Of a stretch of DNA of 64,000 bases, positions 1 through 10,148 are shown piece after piece. How positions within the stretch are numbered: position 1 is the stretch's first letter; each line of letters begins with the position of its first letter. A program made the translations under genes and the position numbers. Source of the stretch: Nemertoderma westbladi (taxonomy: Eukaryota; Animalia; Xenacoelomorpha); the NCBI GenBank assembly GCA_032718475.1, contig JAUCBJ010007635.1:1-64000 (forward strand). The letters are read 5' to 3'. The notes beneath the pieces are model-generated. The model worked only from the letters and a program-made list of their open reading frames with translations, did no database searches and had not been told where the DNA came from.

Positions 1-936
1 AAAATCGTATAATGCATTGCATTGCTACAGATAGGTAGGTGAATACTGAATAGGTGGTGTTTTTAGTCACATACAATATAATTCTGTATGTTGATGACCC
101 TAGAACTATTAATTTTTTATAATGTACGTATGTATAGAAAGTATATGTATTTTTTATGTATTTAATAATATATTTGTTTTGTATTCTATTGGTGCTGGTA
201 TAGATTTTTTATGTTTAAATATGCAATACAATGCCAACTCGTTAATTAATAATTATTATTAAATACATCCCGTGTATTTTTTGTGACTTTCAGAAAATAT
301 GATTATCGTATTATAAAAAGTGCCCTTTTTTAGCACTTTTGCTGCCCCCGTCGCAAAAATTTGCTTCCTGCGCCCCTGATTGTTGTGACAGACGTGTTAA
401 GGGAAGGGAGCAGGTTAATGTTACGCCTACAGTGGCACCTTATTCTAACCTAAACAATAAACGAAAAAGTCAACAGGTCACTACTGCTTTACTTGTAATA
501 AGATTAAATCCGTTGTTATTAAATATCAGTGTTAATTAAATTTTCTACTTCGCATTACAGTAGCCTACAGTAGCCTACAGTAGGCCTATACGTACTGTAG
601 AACTCCAAGATAATTAAACCATCTTCATCTAGATTGGCATACTTTGACCACAACATATTATTTTTTAGTCAAACAAGTTTATTAAATAAAACACCCTGAT
701 TCCATTTTTAAGGAGATTGTTCAATATTTCGCCCCCCTAATATTTGGTACCACATGCTTCTGGTACTATAATAATGGGTGGGCAAAATAACTGGCAAAAA
801 TATTTGTATTTAAAAAAAAACTGGCAATTTCAACATATATCAGTTAGTTAATATACTATTATTAAGTATCCGAAAGTTTCACACTTATGTTATATCATTA
901 TTAACATACTGCAGATATTAATAATTAATGTTCCAG

Positions 937-1524
937 ACTTGCCGAATACTATAACCATTATCTCGGATTCGATTACCAACGGGCGAATTACAAAGAAAAA
1001 AGATGAATCGTTGGTATTAGAATGTTCTGTTGATGAATTCAATGTGGATCCATCTTGGTCCTGGTATGTTGATGGTATTAAAGATGTTACTGTACCATCT
1101 TTATCAACATATAGAATAGACCCTTTACGCGCCGACGATGGTGGTGATTATAAGTGCGAGTTTACCGGTCGTTACAGCAACGGTGAGGAAGAGAGTATCG
1201 AAAGTCCAGCGATACCGGTAACTGTACAATATTGCGATCTGAAACTGAAAGTTTCTGGTACTCCTTATACTCTAAACACTTCTAAACTAATCAGAAGAAA
1301 TATGACAGACCATAATGACCCAATGGTAGTAACATGGATTCCAGATGACTGCAATATAGATGTTGGTTATATTTGGAGTGGCAACTTCGTAACCGGTGGA
1401 GATGAAGTTAGGAATATCGAAATAGATAGAAGATCTTCAGGGATTTACACAACTACAGCCGAATATACGTTTTATGATTCATCAACTATTACAGAGTCAT
1501 TCACTATTGAGTTAATAGTTCAGT
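937..1524 (+). CDS. Receptor gene 1, internal exon encoding one clear Ig domain plus a second degenerate Ig-like domain (upstream exons lie outside the window)
   Basis: Acceptor ttccag at 931-936 and donor T|GTAAGT at 1525, phase 1 at both ends. Ig hallmarks: LVLECS, WSWYVDG, LRADDGGDYKCEF. Clear paralog of exon 21298-21897. Confidence 0.88.
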
Positions 1525-3118
1525 GTAAGTGACAATAAACTACTGTAAATATTACCCTCCATCACTGTTAGTAGAACAGGAGTCATTCACTATTGAGTTA
1601 ATAGTTCAGTGTAAGTAACAATAAACTACTGTAAATATTACCCTCCATCACTGTTAGTAGAACAGGAGTCTTATTGAGTTAATAGTTCAGTGTAAGTAAC
1701 AATAAACTACTGTAAATATTACCCTCCATCACTGTTAGTAGAACAGGAGTCATTCACTATTGAGTTAATAGTTCAGTGTAAGTAACAATAAACTACTGTA
1801 AATATTACCCTCCATCACTGTTAGTAGAAAAGGAGTCATTCACTATTGAGTTAATAGTTCAGTGTAAGTAACAATAAACTACTGTAAATATTACCCTCCA
1901 TCACTGTTAGTAGAACATGAGTCATTCACCATTGAGTTAATAGTTCAGTGTAAGTAACAATAAACTACTGTAAATATTACCCTCCATCACTGTTAGTAGA
2001 AAAAGAGTCATTCACTATTGAGTTAATAGTTCAGTGTAAGTAACAATAAACTACTGTAAATATTACCCTCCATCACTGTTAGTAGAACATGAGTCATTCA
2101 CCATTGAGTTAATAGTTCAGTGTAAGTAACAATAAACTACTGTAAATATTACCCTCCATCACTGTTAGTAGAAAAAGAGTCATTCACTATTGAGTTAATA
2201 GTTCAGTGTAAGTAACAATAAACTACTGTAAATATTACCCCCCATCACTGTTAGTAGAACAGGAGTCATTCACTATTGAGTTAATAGTTCAGTGTAAGTA
2301 ACAATAAACTACTGTAAATATTACCCTCCATCACTGTTAGTAGAACAGGAGTCATTCACTATTGAGTTAATAGTTCAGTGTAAGTAACAATAAACTACTG
2401 TAAATATTACCCTCCATCACTGTTAGTAGAACATGAGTCATTCACAATTGAGTTAATAGTTCAGTGTAAGTAACAATAAACTACTGTAAATATTACCCTC
2501 CATCACTGTTAGTAGAACAGGAGTCATTCACTATTGAGTTAATAGTTCAGTGTAAGTAACAATAAACTACTGTAAATATTACCCTCCATCACTGTTAGTA
2601 GAACAGGAGTCATTCACTATTGAGTTAATAGTTCAGTGTAAGTAACAATAAACTACTGTAAATATTACCCTCCATCACTGTTAGTAGAACAGGAGTCATT
2701 CACTATTGAGTTAATAGTTCAGTGTAAGTAACAATAAACTACTGTAAATATTACCCTCCATCACTGTTAGTAGAACATGAGTCATTCACAATTGAGTTAA
2801 TAGTTCAGTGTAAGTAACAATAAACTACTGTAAATATTACCCCCCATCACTGTTAGTAGAACAGGAGTCATTCACTATTGAGTTAATAGTTCAGTGTAAG
2901 TAACAATAAACTATTGCATTACCCTTCATCACTGTTAGTATAACAGGAGTCATTCACTATTGAGTTAATAGTTCAGTGTAAGTAACAATAAACTACTGTA
3001 AATATTACCCTCCATCACTGTTAGTAGAACTGGAGTCATTCACTATTGAGTTAATAGTTCAGTGTAAGTAACAATAAACTACTGTAAATATTACCTTCCA
3101 TCACTGTTAGTATAACAG
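1494..3118 (+). repeat. 86-bp tandem repeat, block 1 (19 units, the first overlapping the real exon end)
   Basis: Unit GAGTCATTCACTATTGAGTTAATAGTTCAGTGTAAGTAACAATAAACTACTGTAAATATTACCCTCCATCACTGTTAGTAGAACAG; starts at 1494, 1580 and onward; two units carry small deletions. Confidence 0.97.
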
Positions 3119-3187
3119 GAGCTACGCATCCTGTGAGAGGCACGAAGTACTTAACAACCTTTAAGTCATTCTACATAATTAAATATT

Positions 3188-3693
3188 CACTCCATGAGGC
3201 TGCCAAAGTACAAGATTATGCACTGCTGGTCCTCACGGCGAAAGCAATGTCCTGCAAAGCAGAGGCGATTTTGTTCTAGTGTCAAGCTTGGGGGAACTGG
3301 GTACAGCTGGGCTTTCGATACTCTCTTCCCCACTGTCGTTGCTGTACTGAGGATTCCGGGGATGGAATTTATAGATCATCTAATATAACTAATTGTTTAA
3401 AGATTAGTAAACAATACGATGTAATTGCATTGATAAAGCCCAAATAAAACTTGGATATAAAATGTAAAATCGGGATGCAAAAGATCACTTTCTGAGCTAC
3501 GAAAGGAAAATGGGATACAACTTATCTGGATAAAAGCGGTCCGTTTACCTTACAAAATGAAAAAGAAGAATGTGCGAAGTTAAGAACAGTCGGGGGGGAA
3601 GTGTCCGCGGGGGGGAAGTGTCTGGGGGGGAAGTGTCCGGAGGGGGAACTGTCCGGGGGTGGAAGTGTCCGGGGTGGGAAGTGTCCGAACACC
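3188..3693. mobile_element. Insertion interrupting the 86-bp array, ending in G-rich (GGGGGGAAGTGTCCG)n repeats; possible DNA-transposon terminus
   Basis: Unique ~500 bp between the two array blocks, with about 6 degenerate GGGGGGAAGTGTCC units at 3590-3690. No second terminus or TSD was seen. Confidence 0.35.
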
Positions 3694-5709
3694 ACTGTAA
3701 ATATTACCCTCCATCACTGTTAGTAGAACTGGAGTCATTCACTATTGAGTTAATAGTTCAGTGTAAGTAACAATAAACTACTGTAAATATTACCCTCCAT
3801 CACTGTTAGTAGAACAGGAGTCATTCACTATTGAGTTAATAGTTCAGTGTAAGTAACAATAAACTACTGTAAATATTACCCTCCATCACTGTTAGTAGAA
3901 CAGGAGTCATTCACTATTGAGTTAATAGTTCAGTGTAAGTAACAATAAACTACTGTAAATATTACCATCCATCACTGTTAGTAGAACTGGAGTCATTCAC
4001 TATTGAGTTAATAGTTCAGTGTAAGTAACAATAAACTACTGTAAATATTACCATCCATCACTGTTAGTAGAACTGGAGTCATTCACTATTGAGTTAATAG
4101 TTCAGTGTAAGTAACAATAAACTACTGTAAATATTACCCTCCATCACTGTTAGTAGAATAGGAGTCATTCACTATTGAGTTAATAGTTCAGTGTAAGTAA
4201 CAATAAACTACTGTAAATATTACCCTCCATCACTGTTAGTAGAACAGGAGTCATTCACTATTGAGTTAATTGTTCAGTGTAAGTAACAATAAACTACTGT
4301 AAATATTACCCTCCATCACTGTTAGTAGAACAGGTGTCATTCACTATTGAGTTAATAGTTCAGTGTAAGTAACAATAAACTACTGTAAATATTACCCTCC
4401 ATCACTGTTAGTAGAACAGGAGTCATTCACTATTGAGTTAATAGTTCAGTGTAAGTAACAATAAACTACTGTAAATATTACCCTCCATCACTGTTAGTAG
4501 AACAGGAGTCATTCACTATTGAGTTAATTGTTCAGTGTAAGTAACAATAAACTACTGTAAATATTACCCTCCATCACTGTTAGTAGAACAGGAGTCATTC
4601 ACTATTGAGTTAATAGTTCAGTGTAAGTAACAATAAACTACTGTAAATATTACCCTCCATCACTGTTAGTAGAACAGGAGTCATTCACTATTGAGTTAAT
4701 AGTTCAGTGTAAGTAACAATAAACTACTGTAAATATTACCATCCATCACTGTTAGTAGAACTGGAGTCATTCACTATTGAGTTAATAGTTCAGTGTAAGT
4801 AACAATAAACTACTGTAAATATTACCATCCATCACTGTTAGTAGAACAGGAGTCATTCACTATTGAGTTAATAGTTCAGTGTAAGTAACAATAAACTACT
4901 GTAAATATTACCCTCCATCACTGTTAGTAGAACAGGAGTCATTCACTATTGAGTTAATTGTTCAGTGTAAGTAACAATAAACTACTGTAAATATTACCCT
5001 CCATCACTGTTAGTAGAACTGGAGTCATTCACTATTGAGTTAATAGTTCAGTGTAAGTAACAATAAACTACTGTAAATATTACCCTCCATCACTGTTAGT
5101 AGAATAGGAGTCATTCACTATTGAGTTAATAGTTCAGTGTAAGTAACAATAAACTACTGTAAATATTACCCTCCATCACTGTTAGTAGAACAGGAGTCAT
5201 TCACTATTGAGTTAATTGTTCAGTGTAAGTAACAATAAACTACTGTAAATATTACCCTCCATCACTGTTAGTAGAACAGGTGTCATTCACTATTGAGTTA
5301 ATAGTTCAGTGTAAGTAACAATAAACTACTGTAAATATTACCCTCCATCACTGTTAGTAGAACAGGAGTCATTCACTATTGAGTTAATAGTTCAGTGTAA
5401 GTAACAATAAACTACTGTAAATATTACCCTCCATCACTGTTAGTAGAACAGGAGTCATTCACTATTGAGTTAATTGTTCAGTGTAAGTAACAATAAACTA
5501 CTGTAAATATTACCCTCCATCACTGTTAGTAGAACAGGAGTCATTCACTATTGAGTTAATAGTTCAGTGTAAGTAACAATAAACTACTGTAAATATTACC
5601 CTCCATCACTGTTAGTAGAACAGGAGTCATTCACTATTGAGTTAATAGTTCAGTGTAAGTAACAATAAACTACTGTAAATATTACCCTCCATCACTGTTA
5701 GTAGAACAG
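3694..5709 (+). repeat. 86-bp tandem repeat, block 2 (23 full units plus a partial one)
   Basis: Same unit as block 1. First full unit at 3732; the array ends at 5709, and (5710-3732)/86 = 23. Confidence 0.97.
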
Positions 5710-5815
5710 GAGCTACGCATCCTGTGAGAGGCACGAAGTACTTACTAACCTTTAAGTCATTCTACATAATGAAATATTGTTTCAAATAAAATCAAATATT
5801 TTTCGACTTTCTTAG

Positions 5816-6424
5816 ACAAACCGGATTGGATTCACAATGAGAATGACAGAATTTCTATAGCAGCTGTTGGGAATGTCGTTACTCTAACATGTACAATGGA
5901 AAGTTATCCAGCTGTATCGAGTTATTATTGGCTTAGTGAAGTTGACTTAAATAAGGAGCTGCCCGATGGTGATAAATATAGAACATCAGTTGTTGTGGAG
6001 AACTTTGGGTATAAAAATATTGCTGTCATAAGTCTAATGATATATGATGTAACCAGTGATGATCTTAATCTAACCTACTATGGGAGGGTTAGAAATGGTA
6101 TCGGTACTTTTGGTGAATGTGACGTTAAGTTGGAACCTATAGGACCTCCACATATGCCGACTGGAGTTAAAGTAGAAGCAGTTGATAATTCCAGAGTTAT
6201 AGTTAGTTGGACACCAGGATACAATGGTGGATCTAATCAATGGTTTAGAGTTGAGTATACCAACAGTAACGGTAACATTGTTACTATAACAACAGGAAAT
6301 ACAAATGATTCTTACATAATCGTCTCAGGATTACCCAATGAACGTCATTATTTCTCAGTGGTGGCCTGTAATGAGCACGGTTGTCAGGATCCAACTCCTA
6401 TAATAGAAGGCGAACCAGCATCAG
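5816..6424 (+). CDS. Receptor gene 1, exon encoding an Ig domain plus a fibronectin type III domain
   Basis: Acceptor tttcttag ends at 5815 and the junction reads VQ-Y-KPDW. Ig segment VTLTCTMESYP..YYW..YYGRVRNGIG. FN3 segment GPPHMPTGV..VSWTPGYNGGSNQWFRVEY..VSGL..YFSVVACNEHG. Donor G|GTGAGA at 6425. Confidence 0.92.
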
Positions 6425-6746
6425 GTGAGATACAACGAGTTGTTACAATTGTTTGCTATTTGTCAGTTTGGAGAATTTAAATTTCCCGCTATAAATTGGG
6501 GTTGCCAACGACGAAAGAGCAGCCCTACTTATTTATAAATACTCAGCTATCTGTCTGCTCTTGGGGCGATTTCCTGAAACTTACTAGCAGATCGTCGGTA
6601 TTTCATTGTAAAGTTCGCGGGAAAATTTACCAATCCAATGTTTTTGACGAACAAGAATAATCACCGACCTTACGTTTTATCTCTGAAATGAAAAGAAACA
6701 ACACATCTTCAATCACGTGGTTACTGGGACTAAATAGATTGGAAGC

Positions 6747-6777
<31 letters not shown>

Positions 6778-7434
6778 ATGTTCAAAAAAATGTTCTTCAA
6801 TGTGCACAACTTTGCACTGTGAAAATGCGCCTGGGCTCTCATCTTTAGCAAGAAAATCGCCCCCCCCCCCCCTTTTTCTGACTGGGAATATATTATCCAG
6901 CTCTATATTTATATATCCCCCTTTTAATTCTATAATTTTATATTTGTAAATATTTTAAAAAATATTTTACCATAATTAAAAAAAACTATGTCAGATTGCC
7001 ACACCTGGGGGGGGGGGGGGGGGGGGGGGTTTGTTTAAAAAAACAAACTTGCACAACTTTGTACTACTTTGAACTGCTCGAATACCAGAGCGATTAGAAA
7101 CCAATTCGTGAACTTTTAGAGTATTAATCTTTGTGCCGGTATTCTTACAATAATAATTGGCATCTGTTGACTTTTCTAAACCATCTTCAAATTATATTTT
7201 ATATAATCTTCTTTTCTAAACCATCTTCGCAAGCGTTGAATTGTATTACAATGTTAGTGAAATTTAATGTCTCGGTATTAATTGTAATGTTATTGTACTG
7301 AAGTTCAATGCTCACTCAAACCAGCAATCCTTATGAATGAGGCTCCGCACACCCGCACACACCCGCACACACCCGCACACACCCGCACTCTCCAGTACAA
7401 GTTCAAAAACATTTCATTATTGTTATATTTTCAG

Positions 7435-8255
7435 ATGAATTTCCTACACATTCCAATTCCTCTGCTGCAATCATTGGAGGTGTTGTTGGATGTGGAATGG
7501 CAGTGATTGTTATAGTCGTATTGGCAATTATTTTACTCAAAAGATATCGGAATAGAAAACCTCGTAGTCCTGTCTACGATGACACAGTTGTATATGGGCT
7601 GGATGGTCCAGCTAACATCCCGAGTCACCCCTATGAAGAATTAGAGATACCAGCCATTCGAGCTTCAAACAATCGGTCATTAGCCACTGAGAGTTTTCGA
7701 AACCAACCAGTCAATGAGAGCTATCTAAATCAACCAGCCAATGGGATAACTATAAATCACCCATCAATCAATCAGTCACCTGTCAATCTTACTTCGCTCA
7801 CCTCCAGTAGTCGAGATGATCAGATAACTAATGAAGAGCATCCCTATGATACTATCGATGAATCTAAAGTTGGTAGAAACAAGGTAACTACAGAAACTGA
7901 TACAAACTGCCAGAACACAATCACTGTGGAGAATACCAACACAGTAGTGGAGGGGAGAGGGCAAGAGAATACCAACACAGGGGAGGGTAGAGGGCAAGAG
8001 AATAGCAACACAGGGGCAGAGCCGAGAGGGCAAGAGAATAGCAACACAATGGTGGGAAGAGTTTATGTTAACCAATCACAAGTAGCGGAAGACACAATGA
8101 ACAACCAATCAGATAGCCGTGCATGCATGAGTAAGACAGTATCCCCAACATATGTCAACCAATCAGAGGTTACCGGAGCAGGAATAATCAACCAATCCGC
8201 ATTGAATGAGGACAATCTGGACTATTTAAATGCTAAGGAAGTCTATGGAATCTAG
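7435..8255 (+). CDS. Receptor gene 1, terminal exon: transmembrane helix and long tyrosine-motif cytoplasmic tail
   Basis: Acceptor ttttcag ends at 7434, phase 1, in frame with ORF 7497-8255. TM AIIGGVVGCGMAVIVIVVLAIILL is followed by basic KRYRNRK. Tail motifs YEEL, YDTI, YLN x2, YVN x2. Stop TAG at 8253-8255. Confidence 0.92.
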
Positions 8256-8314
8256 TAATGGATCGAACGAGATATACTATACAACAAACATACATTCCTA
8301 AGTATATTTGGTTG

Positions 8315-8320
8315 AATAAA
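8315..8320 (+). promoter_or_regulatory. Candidate polyadenylation signal of gene 1
   Basis: AATAAA 60 nt after the stop codon, followed by T-rich sequence; such hexamers are common in this AT-rich DNA. Confidence 0.3.
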
Positions 8321-8423
8321 TTGTTTTATACTAATAGCTATACTTACAAACAGGGTCTGCCCAGAATATTTTACATTTTATTGATTAGTTGATTGTAAAA
8401 AGTAATAAGACTGGAAATTATGT

Positions 8424-8860
8424 GTTAAATTAGAGTAGCTAGCATTGGTTAGACTTCGAATCGTTAAATTAGAGTAGCTAGCATTGGTTAGAGTTCCATT
8501 CGTTAGATTAGAGTAGCTAGCATTGGTTAGACTTCGAATCATTAAATTAGAGTAGCTAGCATTGGTTAGACTTAGATTCGTTAAATTAGAGTAGCTAGCA
8601 TTGGTTAGAGTTCGATTCGTTAAATTAGAGTAGCTAGCATTGGTTAGACTTAGATTCGTTAAATTAGAGTAGCTAGCATTGGTTAGGTTTCGATTCGTTA
8701 AATTAGAGTAGCTAGCATTGGTTAGAGTTCGATTCGTTAAATTAGAGTAGCTAGCATTGGTTAGGTTTCGATTCGTTAAATTAGAGTAGCTAGCATTGGT
8801 TAGAGTTCGATTCGTTAGATTAGAGTAGCTAGCATTGGTTAGACTTCGATTCGTTAGATT
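8424..8860. repeat. 39-bp minisatellite (about 11 copies) downstream of the gene 1 stop codon
   Basis: Unit GTTAAATTAGAGTAGCTAGCATTGGTTAGACTTCGATTC; starts at 8424, 8463 and onward. Confidence 0.95.
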
Positions 8861-9460
8861 ATTATCACAATTGTTTGTTATGCATTCAATATTTCCTTTT
8901 TGGTTTATGAAATACTAAATGAAGAATTGCATGGTAATACAACAAATTAACATTACTGTACAACACCGCAGCCCAGATTTCTTATTGGTAAATAAAAAAT
9001 GTATAAATTATATCTTGAGGACTCTCAGGTCGAATTTGCTTAAATTTATTTCTGAGCTTCCTATGGCATACAGTATACTACCAGTATATAGAAAATTATT
9101 TCGGTACCGAATAATAATTGATTTACATGTATTTTATAGTTGATATTATACGTATATTCCCTTCTAGAATACTTCCGACTTTTGACCGAATACTTGTGTA
9201 CCAACTTTGGTATAATTTTATCTAAGATTCACGGAATTATTATCATCAAACAGTTCCCAATGACACCGACAGGCAGCTCAATTATGGAACCGCTACACCA
9301 AGGTTACCGAACGTTGCGGCTCGCCCCACAAATATTCGCAAAATTTAAAATTTAAGAAACGGCGAAAAATCGTTTAGTTTAATCCATAATTGAGTCTGTC
9401 TGTGTTTATCTAACAAACGAACGGATGAAGTGGTAGGCATTCACCAGCGGCAGCATAGTG

Positions 9461-10148
9461 TAAAGATGATAAAAAAATAAAGTATTGAGGGTCTTTAGCT
9501 GGTTATATTATATTAGATAAAGATACAATAGTAAACGTTTTCGACCTACCGGTCTGCATCAGACTATGTACTGGCAACTAACAGGAAAAGGTGGGGTCTA
9601 TATATATATATATAAGTTTTAAAGGGGAATACCTGATAGGTGAATCCCAGAAAGGTTAACGTATATGTATGTACTGTATAACGTAAGGTAATTGTGATAG
9701 GGAAAGTACAGCGAGTTAGTTGTAAGCTGTCAATCTAAAGTACAAATATAGGGTTGCAGGTTGGGTTATAAGGTTGGGAGAAGTTGATAGGGAAATCCCA
9801 GGAATGGTCATGTGTCTACATACTGAATGGTATAATTGGATTAGGTAGGTTACATAGGATTATGAGGTATCTACTTAAAGCGCACGGTTAGGTAGAATGC
9901 AACATAATGATAGCTGTAATTTTTACAGAGTAAGAAATCACAAGAAACAGAAAAAACCAAGACAAAAACAAAAAAGAAGGTCGGGGAAAAGCACATAAAG
10001 CCCCGGAAATTCGCTATAGAGGGCACTGTAGTTGTGTAAGATATAGAATGTATTATATAAAACATTGGGTTTAGATTGCTGGTCTTGCTACGTTAAGTGG
10101 GGGGTTGTATGTATAGATTAGGTTAGCTTCCGTCGCTAGTAGTTCGGG
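9461..10148 (-). repeat. 3' pLTR of the Penelope-like element (includes the ORF C-terminus)
   Basis: Reverse complement matches 14066-14730 apart from a few substitutions and two indels. Confidence 0.93.
9524..9570 (-). ncRNA. Minimal type I hammerhead ribozyme in the pLTR (variant core)
   Basis: Minus strand reads TACATAGT CTGATGCA GACC-GGTA-GGTC GAAA ACGTTT ACTATTGTA. Stem I is TACATAGT/ACTAT(T)GTA, stem II is GACC/GGTC, and the stem III region is the palindrome AAACGTTT, as described for PLE minimal hammerheads. Confidence 0.75.

Noticed and set aside
1494-5709. CRISPR-like appearance of regular repeats (also 8424-8860 and the 45-bp array)
   Set aside because: There are no unique spacers and no cas genes, and the context is eukaryotic with spliceosomal introns.
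6746-7029. Poly-C and poly-G tracts in the last intron of gene 1 as a structured element
   Set aside because: They are simple homopolymers, and the flanks give no convincing extended inverted repeat or TSD.
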